Of a DNA stretch of 64,000 nucleotides, positions 49,384-58,091 are shown in pieces (the stretch's first letter is position 1; every line of letters begins with the position of its first letter). Below the pieces are notes generated by a model. It saw only the letters and a list, made by a program, of their open reading frames with translations. It did not search any database and was not told where the DNA came from. Source of the DNA: a virus; IMG/VR virus record IMGVR_UViG_3300028394_000041, positions 102,606-166,605 of that record. One strand, given 5' to 3'. The position numbers were made by a program, and so were the translations under genes.

Positions 49384-49543
49384 TACTCGATGGTGTTGGA
49401 CGCTACCCCAACTCGTCTACGCCTTTCGGCTCAGACAGAAGTTCTTGGATAAAAGTCTCCTAAGAATCATTCTGTTGCGTGTCTCCAGTTTCTACCTAAG
49501 TTATTATTGCAAACTCACAGCTACCACGCCGATCCATCAAGTA
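49384..49543 (-). ncRNA. 160-nt tRNA-shaped structured RNA with enlarged arms
   Basis: Terminal stem TACTTGATGG/CCATCGAGTA, four internal arms, own TTGACT-N16-TACTAT promoter at 49563-49590. Confidence 0.6.
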
Positions 49544-49671
49544 ATAGAAAAGAACTATCTGTATAGTATCAGAACTTAGATCAGAGTCAAATAAAAAAGA
49601 CGAGATTTTTTAGGTCTCGCCCTTTCTATATGAAGGGAAGGGGAAAGATAACCCCACCCATCTCTCTGTTG

Positions 49672-49938
49672 TTAGACTGGCGAGAGACCACCAGCGATGC
49701 GATCATAGCGGAATTGCTTCACGCCAGAATCCATACGACCAGAGAAGCAGAAACTCGTAAAGAGCTTGTTGCCAGCTTTGCTAATCGTAAAAGAACTAGG
49801 CTTGCTGATGATGTAGGTATAAACCTGCTCACCGCCGTAGGGTTTGTATTCGATTAAATACCTTTGCCCCAAGAGGAAAAGGATGAAGTGTTTGAGATAT
49901 GAGGTTGCGTATATGATTGCGTTTTTAATTTTGTTCAT
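49672..49938 (-). CDS. Small protein with WYL-like C-terminus
   Basis: FCFS...VKQFRYDRI. Confidence 0.45.
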   Translation of the reverse strand: MNKIKNAIIYATSYLKHFILFLLGQRYLIEYKPYGGEQVYTYIISKPSSFTISKAGNKLFTSFCFSGRMDSGVKQFRYDRIAGGLSPV

Positions 49939-50462
49939 ACTTAAATATACCACATCTTTGTTTTTTCACAAGAAAAATCTTTAGTTAAATCTCGTTGATG
50001 GTCAACGACTTACGCAAACGAGAGGGTTGCTTTTGTAAATCCTTGATAGGTAAGGACTTAGGAGTGTTGTTTTATTCTTCTAACTGTTTCCAATTAGGAT
50101 GAGCTTTTGCCCATTTGCTATAATGTATTTCTAAACCAGCCAAGTATGTTTCTATTTCAGAGATAAGCTTAGGATCTTCGTCCTTTAGGATTTTCTTTTC
50201 TAATATTTTGCTTATTCTATTTTCATGTTTCATATCACTATATATTACATGTATTTGCTATTAATATCAATAAAATTCTATTTTTATAATTATTAATTGT
50301 TTTTTTATTTTAGATGTGTAATTAATATTTTGATCAATGACTCTACTACGCTCGAGCTTATTACCAACATTATAGTTAAAATTAAAAATTCTGGAAAGTA
50401 TCTAATAAAAAACTTATTCACATACTGGCTTACATCTTAATTATTATTTAGAGAAAATAATT

Positions 50463-50536
50463 CGCTCCTAGCAGGAATTGAACCTGCAACCTACAGTTTA
50501 GAAAACTGTTACTCTATCCAGTTGAGTTATAGGAGC
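50463..50536 (-). tRNA. tRNA-Arg(UCU)
   Basis: Cloverleaf; anticodon arm ACAGT-TTTCTAA-ACTGT; GGTTCAATTCC T-arm. Confidence 0.9.
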
Positions 50537-50548
50537 AACAAGAAAACT

Positions 50549-50621
50549 TCGCCTAAGTCAGACTCGAACTGACACTTGAACGATTTTAAGTCGTTTGCCT
50601 CTGCCATTGGGCTACTAGGCG
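50549..50621 (-). tRNA. tRNA-Leu(UAA), short variable loop
   Basis: AACGA-CTTAAAA-TCGTT anticodon arm; GTTCGAGTC T-loop. Confidence 0.85.
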
Positions 50622-50627
50622 AATAGA

Positions 50628-51014
50628 TTAACTATCCGTATCTAATTTTTCAGCAGAGATTGTGCCAATAGAATAAAAGTCTTGAGCTTCTGCTGTATGC
50701 ATAAAAGATTCTACTGGAATGTTTGCAATCGCGGTTTTCATTCTGTGCATAGCAACCGCTTTCATTCCACCCTTCTTGCCTCTAAACTTTTTGCCAAGCT
50801 TGTCGCTCATTCCATTCAACATATACTTAAACATAACTCGTTCCAGCTTCTCCATAGTAATCCAAAAATATCCAAAGCTCTCACTCATCCATTGAATACT
50901 TCCGTTTGTTCCGCCCCAGTTATATATGCGGTTGTGAAACTGCTCAATGTCATCTACTTTACCTTTCATTCCAATAACCCAATGTGCCCCAAGATTTTGT
51001 TTAATTAATGTCAT
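50628..51014 (-). CDS. Early protein, paralog of 41896..42315
   Basis: FHNRIYNWGGTNG...IGTISAEK. Confidence 0.65.
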   Translation of the reverse strand: MTLIKQNLGAHWVIGMKGKVDDIEQFHNRIYNWGGTNGSIQWMSESFGYFWITMEKLERVMFKYMLNGMSDKLGKKFRGKKGGMKAVAMHRMKTAIANIPVESFMHTAEAQDFYSIGTISAEKLDTDS

Positions 51015-51057
51015 AGTTTTATATTATACTTTCTTTGTTTTTTGTCAAGAGTTGTTT

Positions 51058-51129
51058 TGGGTCGTATAGGACTTGAACCTATAACAAATTCCTTAAAAGG
51101 GAACTACTCTACCATTGAGTTAACGACCC
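51058..51129 (-). tRNA. tRNA-Lys(UUU)
   Basis: GTTCC-CTTTTAA-GGAAT anticodon arm; GGTTCAAGTCC. Confidence 0.9.
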
Positions 51130-51245
51130 TTTTTTAGCAAGTCTTTCCTTGTTGGTAAAGTAATCTTTGATATCTTGTTCTGTTAACTCTGAGTGCTTGT
51201 TATATGAATGAAGCATCCAATCAGCGCACGGAGAAGAAAGGAGAG

Positions 51246-51317
51246 TGGGCAAGGCTGGACTCGAACCAGCACTAGGAAAATTATGAGTTTTCTGTTTCAC
51301 CTTTAAACTACTTGCCC
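51246..51317 (-). tRNA. tRNA-Met or Ile2 (CAU)
   Basis: GAAAA-CTCATAA-TTTTC anticodon arm; GGTTCGAGTCC. Confidence 0.85.
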
Positions 51318-51572
51318 CACTTTAGAAGGAAAACTGGAAGGTTTCGGCACTTGGAAAAACTCTACTGCAAAAGCCTTGGAATAATTCTCCAAGTCTTTGA
51401 GTGAACAAGTTTCCTTGGGCGTACACATACGGATTGCTGAGTTTAGGATAACGGCTCGGTCTTGGCCGAACACATTCATCACATAGAATGGTGCTTTTTG
51501 TTTTGTCATAATGTAAGAATACCACAACTTGAGTTTTTGTCAATAAAAGAATCTCGTTGACTATCAGTGACT

Positions 51573-51663
51573 TACTAGAGGTAGGATTCGAACCTACATT
51601 GCGCTCAAATCTAGAGCTTCACGAGTATAAGTCGTGGGTCTTAACCAGTTAGACGACTCTAGC
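51573..51663 (-). tRNA. tRNA-Ile(UAU) with long variable arm
   Basis: CACGA-CTTATAC-TCGTG anticodon arm; ~20-nt variable arm with GCTC/GAGC stem; GGTTCGAATCC. Confidence 0.85.
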
Positions 51664-51832
51664 ATGTAGTGTCAGCCTCCGAAGTTACTCGCCAATTTTC
51701 TTGATCACTACTTTTGTTCCGTCTGGCCAACGCTTGATGATTGCTCTCCAATGGTTCGCCTCGGCTTCTGCCTCTTCCAAGCTGTTGTGCATATCGTAAC
51801 TAACCCGAATACCATCTCTCAAAACAATATAC

Positions 51833-52069
51833 TTAAGATTCATTTTCTACCTCCATTACTACTGAGTTGTCAAATAATGAGCCACCATCTACTGCATCAC
51901 AAATAACAATATCGCTACTGCCATCGTCACCAGCATAGACGGCTCGGAGTTTCTTTACTTGACTATGTTTGATGTTTGTCCATTTACTTTCTGGAACGCC
52001 AAGGACTTGCAGAGCCTCGACTCTCTCTGGTGAAAGTGCTTCACCGCTTACTGAACATTTATATGTCAT
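51833..52069 (-). CDS. Small protein resembling a degenerate DksA/TraR finger
   Basis: CSVSGEALSPERVEAL resembles CxxCGExIxxxRLEA. Confidence 0.4.
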   Translation of the reverse strand: MTYKCSVSGEALSPERVEALQVLGVPESKWTNIKHSQVKKLRAVYAGDDGSSDIVICDAVDGGSLFDNSVVMEVENES

Positions 52070-52073
52070 AACC

Positions 52074-52490
52074 TTATACTACCTCCATTTGATTTTCTGT
52101 CAAGTGAATTTCTGCTGGAGGTGCTGGAAGAATATTGCTCTTCCGAGGACGACCACGCTTACGCTTCTCGCCACTAGCTAAAACAGAAGTTGCGGTGTAG
52201 TTTGTTAGTTTGTCTTTGAGTTGAATGAAACGCTTGTCTGCATCTTCTCGACTAGTACAAGTATAAGCCCAATCTCCCCATTGAGTGTTGGAAGGATACA
52301 TCTCTGCTGGAGGCATTTTGATTCCTGCAATCTCGTAACCATTGTGACGCTTAATTGCAATTACCTCGAAGTTACTTTCGCCTGACTCAGAATCTTCTAG
52401 TGTCTTTTTATAGATAGCAACATCTCCTTCTCGTTTGACGAGAGAAAGGTTAAATCCTTTGCTGTTAAAATTATCTTCAAGAATTTTCAA
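52074..52490 (-). CDS. Hypothetical protein with AT-hook
   Basis: KRKRGRPRK near the C-terminus. Confidence 0.6.
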   Translation of the reverse strand: MKILEDNFNSKGFNLSLVKREGDVAIYKKTLEDSESGESNFEVIAIKRHNGYEIAGIKMPPAEMYPSNTQWGDWAYTCTSREDADKRFIQLKDKLTNYTATSVLASGEKRKRGRPRKSNILPAPPAEIHLTENQMEVV

Positions 52491-52660
52491 TTTTTACTCC
52501 TTCTGGAAGCCAACCCTTGATGTCGAGTCCGTCTCCAATATAACCAACTTGCATTTCACTTTTAGTTTTGGGGTCTACTGCATAAATAGCGTAGCCACCT
52601 TCAGCGAGTTTTTTGATTTTAGTTATCTTTTCCATTTAAAGATTATACTATACTTTCTTT

Positions 52661-53002
52661 TTAATTCAAGACAAATATATCACGATTAATAATACCAGCC
52701 CATTTAACTTTATATACTGGCTCTAGGTTATCAGCATAAACAAAGCTATTATACTTATAAGGATTGTAGGTAACTTTTCTTTCTACTTGGTCTACTGGCC
52801 AACCATCATCTGGAGTACCACATACAAAAGCGTGAACATTCTTTCTTTGTTCTTTTAAAACCCTGGAACGACCTGCTTGACTCACTCTAAATTCTACATC
52901 CTTCAAAAAGAATTCTGTGCTATGCTCTAATACTTTTCCACGAAGCATAATAGATAAACATTTTTTATGCAAATTATAATATACTTTATGTTTGGCTCTC
53001 AT
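52661..53002 (-). CDS. Conserved hypothetical phage protein
   Basis: VYYNLHK...FRVSQAGR.RVL.E.RKNVHAFV.G...YNPYK. Confidence 0.7.
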   Translation of the reverse strand: MRAKHKVYYNLHKKCLSIMLRGKVLEHSTEFFLKDVEFRVSQAGRSRVLKEQRKNVHAFVCGTPDDGWPVDQVERKVTYNPYKYNSFVYADNLEPVYKVKWAGIINRDIFVLN

Positions 53003-53134
53003 CTCATAACTATAACATAATAGAATAAAAAGTCAAGAGATATATCTCATTGTATATCAAATACTTACAAAGGCAACCTCCGTGCGCGCGTAACTCGTTG
53101 ATGGATAAGCACTTATAATTCATTAGATTTAGAC

Positions 53135-53169
53135 AAAAAGAATGCGAGGGGATTGACCCCTCGCACTCT
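53135..53169 (-). terminator. Rho-independent terminator
   Basis: TGCGAGGGG-loop-CCCCTCGCA stem with T-run, after the DUF932 gene. Confidence 0.75.
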
Positions 53170-53188
53170 GTTAAGATTTCGTTTTAGT

Positions 53189-54043
53189 TTAGGAGACTAG
53201 CTTGAGCAAGTCTTCATCGCGAGTGGCTCCGCTGAATACCTTCAGCAAGTCACGGCTAACCCTCTCGCTATACTCATACCGCTCTTCAGCGACATTACGC
53301 GTTAAGAATTGCGTAGTGGCGTTGTAGAGGTTGTACAAGTTGCGATCAGTGTCCAACTCGTAGGACGGATTACGCCAAACTGCCTCGATGCCTTCGCGCA
53401 CCTTGCCAGAGATGTAATCCTTCTCTTCGAGCTTGGTGAGCAAGGTCAAACCCTGCTCATCAGTGATCGCCTTTTCAGCAAGACGATTGAACACGTTTGC
53501 GCTCTTGTCTACATTGGCGAGAGCATTCTTTAATGCGTCACCAACGAAGTCAAGATTCACCGCAAGCGTGTGACGCTTAGTGAATCCGAACTCCTTCGAT
53601 AGTGAGGTCATTCCGTTTGTGCAAACCAAACGAATGAACCCAAGCGAGAACGATACCCTGCAACTGCGATCATAGCTATTGTTAGCTGTGAGGCGCAGAC
53701 CAAGGATATCACCCTTTGCTCGCTTACCAACTGGCTTGAGCTCAGTCTTGAACTCAGGGAAGTCATAGCTCGCATAAAAACGAGCTCCATCGCGCACCAC
53801 AATAGCCTTGCGAGTATACTCGCCAAGCCCTTGATTAGTGAGCGATTCTTCCACCATGCTGATCATGTCTGCATTCTTCACCACACCATACTGCTCGGTG
53901 CAAACTCCGAGTGTTATGGGTTCGGCGGTGTCACGGCGCACCATTCCGAAGTATCCTGTCCTCTTGCCGTCTGTTGTGAGGAGTGGCTCTTGATGAATAT
54001 CAAAATCATATTCACTTGAGCTTGGTTTAGTTGTTCTTGCCAT
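53189..54043 (-). CDS. DUF932 (LGT_TIGR03299-like) family protein
   Basis: RRDT..LGV....YGVVKN...NSYD.S...RLVCTNG...RHT...LYNLYNATTQ. Confidence 0.8.
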   Translation of the reverse strand: MARTTKPSSSEYDFDIHQEPLLTTDGKRTGYFGMVRRDTAEPITLGVCTEQYGVVKNADMISMVEESLTNQGLGEYTRKAIVVRDGARFYASYDFPEFKTELKPVGKRAKGDILGLRLTANNSYDRSCRVSFSLGFIRLVCTNGMTSLSKEFGFTKRHTLAVNLDFVGDALKNALANVDKSANVFNRLAEKAITDEQGLTLLTKLEEKDYISGKVREGIEAVWRNPSYELDTDRNLYNLYNATTQFLTRNVAEERYEYSERVSRDLLKVFSGATRDEDLLKLVS

Positions 54044-54210
54044 ATAGTAATCATACCACAGTTTTAAGTTATGACAAGAACTTTTTACTATCATAAGATA
54101 CTGCCTGCTAATGCTTTATAGGAAATCGTAAAAATATATTCCTATCTGTAACCCCTTGACTGTCAACGACTTGCGGGGGCGGTGGGGGCCCCAATATAAA
54201 CCCTTAATAA

Positions 54211-54666
54211 TCAAATACTTAAACCAAACTTAATATTATCTTTTCTATACTCTCTTACTTTCCTCTTAGCATATAAACTAGCATCAACTTCACATAATTT
54301 AGCTTTAGTTCCAATATTATATTTTCTTATCTTTTTAATACCATGATAAAACTTACCTTTTTTAAATTGATATAGGTGTCTTAGTTCATGAGATATTAAT
54401 TCAATTAATGATTCTTCCCAGCTATATGTATGTATACTTAAATAGCCTCTGAATCCACCACTCTTGTATACTTTAACATACTTTTTATATTCTGGAACTC
54501 CCACATGCACTCTCATACTTCCCCATGCTCTGCCATGCCAACCCCTTTTAGTATTGCCAAAATCTATCTTTCGGATATCTTTAAGGAATACTCCTTCTGG
54601 CATGCACCATTTAATAATTTCTTTTAGTTTCTCAGAGCATAGGAATGTTCTATTAATTAACTTCAT
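54211..54666 (-). CDS. Zincin-like (HExxH) protein
   Basis: ISHELRHLYQ...CEVDA. Confidence 0.6.
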   Translation of the reverse strand: MKLINRTFLCSEKLKEIIKWCMPEGVFLKDIRKIDFGNTKRGWHGRAWGSMRVHVGVPEYKKYVKVYKSGGFRGYLSIHTYSWEESLIELISHELRHLYQFKKGKFYHGIKKIRKYNIGTKAKLCEVDASLYAKRKVREYRKDNIKFGLSI

Positions 54667-54794
54667 AATCTGATAATACAATAAATTAAAATTATGTCAA
54701 TAGCACAAAATTAAAATATATTCTTATCATATCTATTGAATTATCATGTATTTATTATTAATCAAGCTCTATTTGTTATTTATTTGTTTCTTAT

Positions 54795-55370
54795 TTAGTT
54801 ATTTCGACCACTCATCTCAGTCCATATCAATAAGTCTGCTTGTGCTGTTGATACATTAGGAAAGTAAATAGCTTTATAATAAAAGAATAAACTCTCTATT
54901 TGTTTATATTTCTTTTCGTCTTGAGGTGTTGACAATGGTATTTCAATAGCAGAATCATCTCCACTTACTTTTCTTAACCAATTTAATATATGAACATCTA
55001 ACACAGCAATGTTTTGATTCTCTCTTGTATGTAATAAAAAGAATCGTGCTGTTTTATTTCCTACTCCATATACTTTAAGAAGTCTTTCTAGCGAGTCATT
55101 AACTAAATCTAAATCAAGACTATGTCTTATAGCTTTGGTGATTCGGTTATATTGGCCTACCTTGTTGGCAACAAGAAAGTTATGTAACCCAACGCCAAGG
55201 TCTTTGAAGTATTGAAATAAATCGCCATTAGCTCTGCTCATAAGTTGTGATAGCTTTCGACTTGCGATATCGCTATTCTTTCCTGCGACTAGAATGCAGA
55301 ATATCCAAAAAGCTTGAAGTTCGAGCTTATTGCGGTTAAAGTTGGTTATGTTTTTTGGGTCAATGGTCAT
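54795..55370 (-). CDS. HhH DNA glycosylase/lyase (8-oxoguanine glycosylase-like)
   Basis: VYGVGNKTARFFL...IAVLDVHILNWL...YKQIE...DLLIW. Confidence 0.75.
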   Translation of the reverse strand: MTIDPKNITNFNRNKLELQAFWIFCILVAGKNSDIASRKLSQLMSRANGDLFQYFKDLGVGLHNFLVANKVGQYNRITKAIRHSLDLDLVNDSLERLLKVYGVGNKTARFFLLHTRENQNIAVLDVHILNWLRKVSGDDSAIEIPLSTPQDEKKYKQIESLFFYYKAIYFPNVSTAQADLLIWTEMSGRNN

Positions 55371-56106
55371 ATACCAAATGTACTGCAAATTAAAATTATG
55401 TCAATAGCAAAAAATTGTCTGATATAAGCAACAACCTAGCAAGCTTTGTCAGATAAACAAGACAAATCTATAACAAAGTCATGTCGCAAATTCTGTGTTT
55501 TGTATACATATCTTGACCCTCATGTTACAATTTACTCATTTTATATATATGTTATACCCCTGCTGTATTTGGAATCCTTTTCCAGAATCATGAGGGGTTA
55601 GTCAAGCGTAAGTCAACCGATCATATTCGTGACCTCACGAAAATGATAACCAAACTTTAATAAAAGCTTTTCTTATTAAAGGTTTAAACTGGTATATATG
55701 GGTATTTATTCTGGTGCTATTTGTTATTTAATCTTTTCTTATTTAGCTATTAAGAAATCCTTAAGTACTTAATTGTCATTTTATGACAGATCAATGCGGT
55801 GAATAGCATCCTTATTCGCCGCACAACTATCAAGAGATCCTTGACAGTTCATTCCCGATCAGTATTTATTTAACTATAATTAGATTATTTAAGCTAATAT
55901 GTCCCGATTGGGATATATGTCTAGTAATCGTCCTATATGACTATTACGAGGAATGTATTTTAACTATAAAAACAATTTTAATAAGCCAAATATAACAAAG
56001 CCAAAAGCTATCCATATAATATAATTAATTATCTTATTCATTGTAGCTAAAATATATATAAACAGCAAAAACAATACTTACTAAAATAGCAAAAATTAAA
56101 GGTGCA

Positions 56107-56262
56107 TTACTCATTAATCCACCTTAATAGATGATCTAATTCATGAATTGCACTTTCTAATTCATCAACCGCACTTTGATTATTATCATGCTCAACCATG
56201 AGTGCTTTATATTCTACAATCCTATCACTGATTTCTTTAGCAATTTGCTCACTCGACTTCAT
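56107..56262 (-). CDS. Small hypothetical protein
   Basis: Start MKSSEQ overlapping the upstream gene. Confidence 0.45.
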   Translation of the reverse strand: MKSSEQIAKEISDRIVEYKALMVEHDNNQSAVDELESAIHELDHLLRWINE

Positions 56263-56488
56263 CTTCGTCCTCCTCTTCTTCCTCGACATCAATAGCTTCG
56301 AAGCTATAATCAACCTCATTCCAATCGAGCATCATGCCAGTGCCATCATCACAATTCTCTGCCATCTCAGTAGCTTTATCTACTGCTTCCTCATCTGATG
56401 TGGCCTCCACCTCGATGTCCACTTCTGCGATTTGGTTGCGTTGCATACGAATCGTGAATTTCTTTAGGGGTTTTTCGATGTTGTTCAT
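56249..56488 (-). CDS. Acidic small protein
   Basis: IEVEATSDEEAVDKA motif. Confidence 0.55.
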   Translation of the reverse strand: MNNIEKPLKKFTIRMQRNQIAEVDIEVEATSDEEAVDKATEMAENCDDGTGMMLDWNEVDYSFEAIDVEEEEEDEDEVE

Positions 56489-56523
56489 ATTTTTAATATA
56501 CTCCTTTTTTATTTAATGTCAAA

Positions 56524-56784
56524 TTATATTTTGGCTAAATGTGGATGCCAAGCTTTATGAATCCATGATAGAATCTTATCACTCCAATAGCTACTTGTTA
56601 TTTGAAACAGATCTCTGTCTATTCTAATCCTATCAAAGCTATAATAAATATACTGATTAACTAATTTCTTTGTGTTATAATTACTATCAATAATATCTAT
56701 CTTAATAGTAGTAAATGTTTTAGGAATAGATACTCTGATCGTTCCTCCTACTGCATACTCACCTATCTTGAATGTTTTAGTCAT
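56524..56784 (-). CDS. Hypothetical protein
   Basis: TKTFKIGEYAVGG; TTGACA promoter upstream. Confidence 0.55.
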   Translation of the reverse strand: MTKTFKIGEYAVGGTIRVSIPKTFTTIKIDIIDSNYNTKKLVNQYIYYSFDRIRIDRDLFQITSSYWSDKILSWIHKAWHPHLAKI

Positions 56785-56996
56785 AAGTTAAATATAACCT
56801 AGATTATTATTTTGTCAACTATACTCTGCAAATAAATGGATGATTATTATCTAATACATCATTAGTTTCTTGTTTAGCAAATAGTAATTTAGCTTGATAG
56901 AACTCATTATTACCTTCTAGTATAGTTAAGTCACTATTTAATTGAGACTCATTCATATTATTTAGATTATTTAATAGTTCTTTATATGTCATATTA

Positions 56997-57248
56997 TTAA
57001 ACCCTTTCCCACTTCGCGCCCCATCTATTTAATGTATCTTTTGCTTCTTTGAATGTTTTGAAATAAGTATATTGAGTTGGTTCACAATGAGGAAACACTT
57101 GTTTAGCCATCCATACTTTCTTGTTTAGTAATTTTTTATTATACTCGCCAGTAAACAAATAAGGATTGTTATTTACTACGCGATCTAAAATATAACAAAA
57201 TATAGTAGGTTTATTTATATAGTCTGCTATGTATTTATATGTGGTCAT
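56997..57248 (-). CDS. Hypothetical protein
   Basis: 83-aa ORF with promoter. Confidence 0.5.
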   Translation of the reverse strand: MTTYKYIADYINKPTIFCYILDRVVNNNPYLFTGEYNKKLLNKKVWMAKQVFPHCEPTQYTYFKTFKEAKDTLNRWGAKWERV

Positions 57249-57289
57249 CTAATAAATATAACCTAAATTAAAAATAAGTAAAGAAAAGA

Positions 57290-57472
57290 AAGTTGGTTTC
57301 TGCGATACCAACAAACGCTCAAGGGATATATGGTAGTAGAGTTATTTCGCAATATCTACTACATCCAATCCTTGATCTAGGTGCGAAAGTTTCGTAGAAG
57401 GAACGAAAGAGATATAGGGCGCCTTGGATCTCTTTCTTTGCACTCTCTAGCAATAAGAGTGTGCCTTCTACT
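57290..57472 (-). ncRNA. ~180-nt structured RNA candidate ending in an H-type pseudoknot
   Basis: TTGACA-N17-TAATAT promoter at 57479-57507; multiple perfect stems; no credible ORF. Confidence 0.55.
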
Positions 57473-57740
57473 ATTACTATATTACTTTGAATTGTCTTTC
57501 TTGTCAACTTCTTTTACTTCGAGAGCTTCCACCAAACTGCCAAACACAAGCCCAAAAAAATTAAGACAGTCTCCATAAGATAAATTTTTCTCCATTTGTT
57601 TTTTGCTCATACTCCATATTATACATCAAATACTATATGTTGTAGAACAATTTTTTTAAAAATCGTGCAAGTTATTCGGTACTTGCAAACGATTCACTAT
57701 AACGGAGTGACCACCGATGACCAAACCGCCTCACCAAACT

Positions 57741-58091
57741 TTATGCGACATTTAACTCAACTTCAAGTTTTTTCGTTTTACCCATCCAAGGTTCTGGCAT
57801 AATATGTTTAAGCCAATCTTGCATAGACGGAATGAATCCCAAGTCCTCTGCTATGTGCTGTTCACCAACCCAACGAGTAGGAATCTTTTTGCCATTAGAT
57901 AGTGTGATGGTATTACCAAATATTCTCTCACACATAAAGATACCTTCGGCGTGATGTCGTAAGGCACGATGGCGAAAGTCTGCCATCATCATCTTACTCT
58001 CATCAAACCAATCGTGAATCTTCTGGTAATCTTCTGCTGAACCACCCCACTTCTTTGCTGACGATAATGAATGGTGATATGGATTAGCCAT
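57741..58091 (-). CDS. DUF6915-like protein
   Basis: PYHHSLSSAKKWGG...IHDWFDESK...DFRHRALRHH...GEQHIAEDLG. Confidence 0.7.
   Translation of the reverse strand: MANPYHHSLSSAKKWGGSAEDYQKIHDWFDESKMMMADFRHRALRHHAEGIFMCERIFGNTITLSNGKKIPTRWVGEQHIAEDLGFIPSMQDWLKHIMPEPWMGKTKKLEVELNVA

Larger units (their letters stand above)
41516..54221. repeat. Dispersed family of 25-bp palindromes TAAGT-NN-TTGA-NNN-TCAA-NN-ACTTA, mostly paired at 48-bp period
   Basis: 13 pairs plus 3 singles (listed in findings); the 23-nt spacer usually carries GCAGGGAGG or its complement. Confidence 0.9.

Noticed and set aside
50463-50536. Amber suppressor tRNA (CUA)
   Set aside because: With the canonical 5-bp stem and 7-nt loop the anticodon is UCU, and the D-loop A20 fits Arg
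42720-54221. CRISPR array interpretation of the palindromic repeats
   Set aside because: Repeats are degenerate, come in pairs separated by genes, have conserved rather than unique spacers, and no cas genes are present
57319-57578. Short ORFs on both strands over the structured region
   Set aside because: Starts fall in promoter elements, no coding features; better explained as ncRNA
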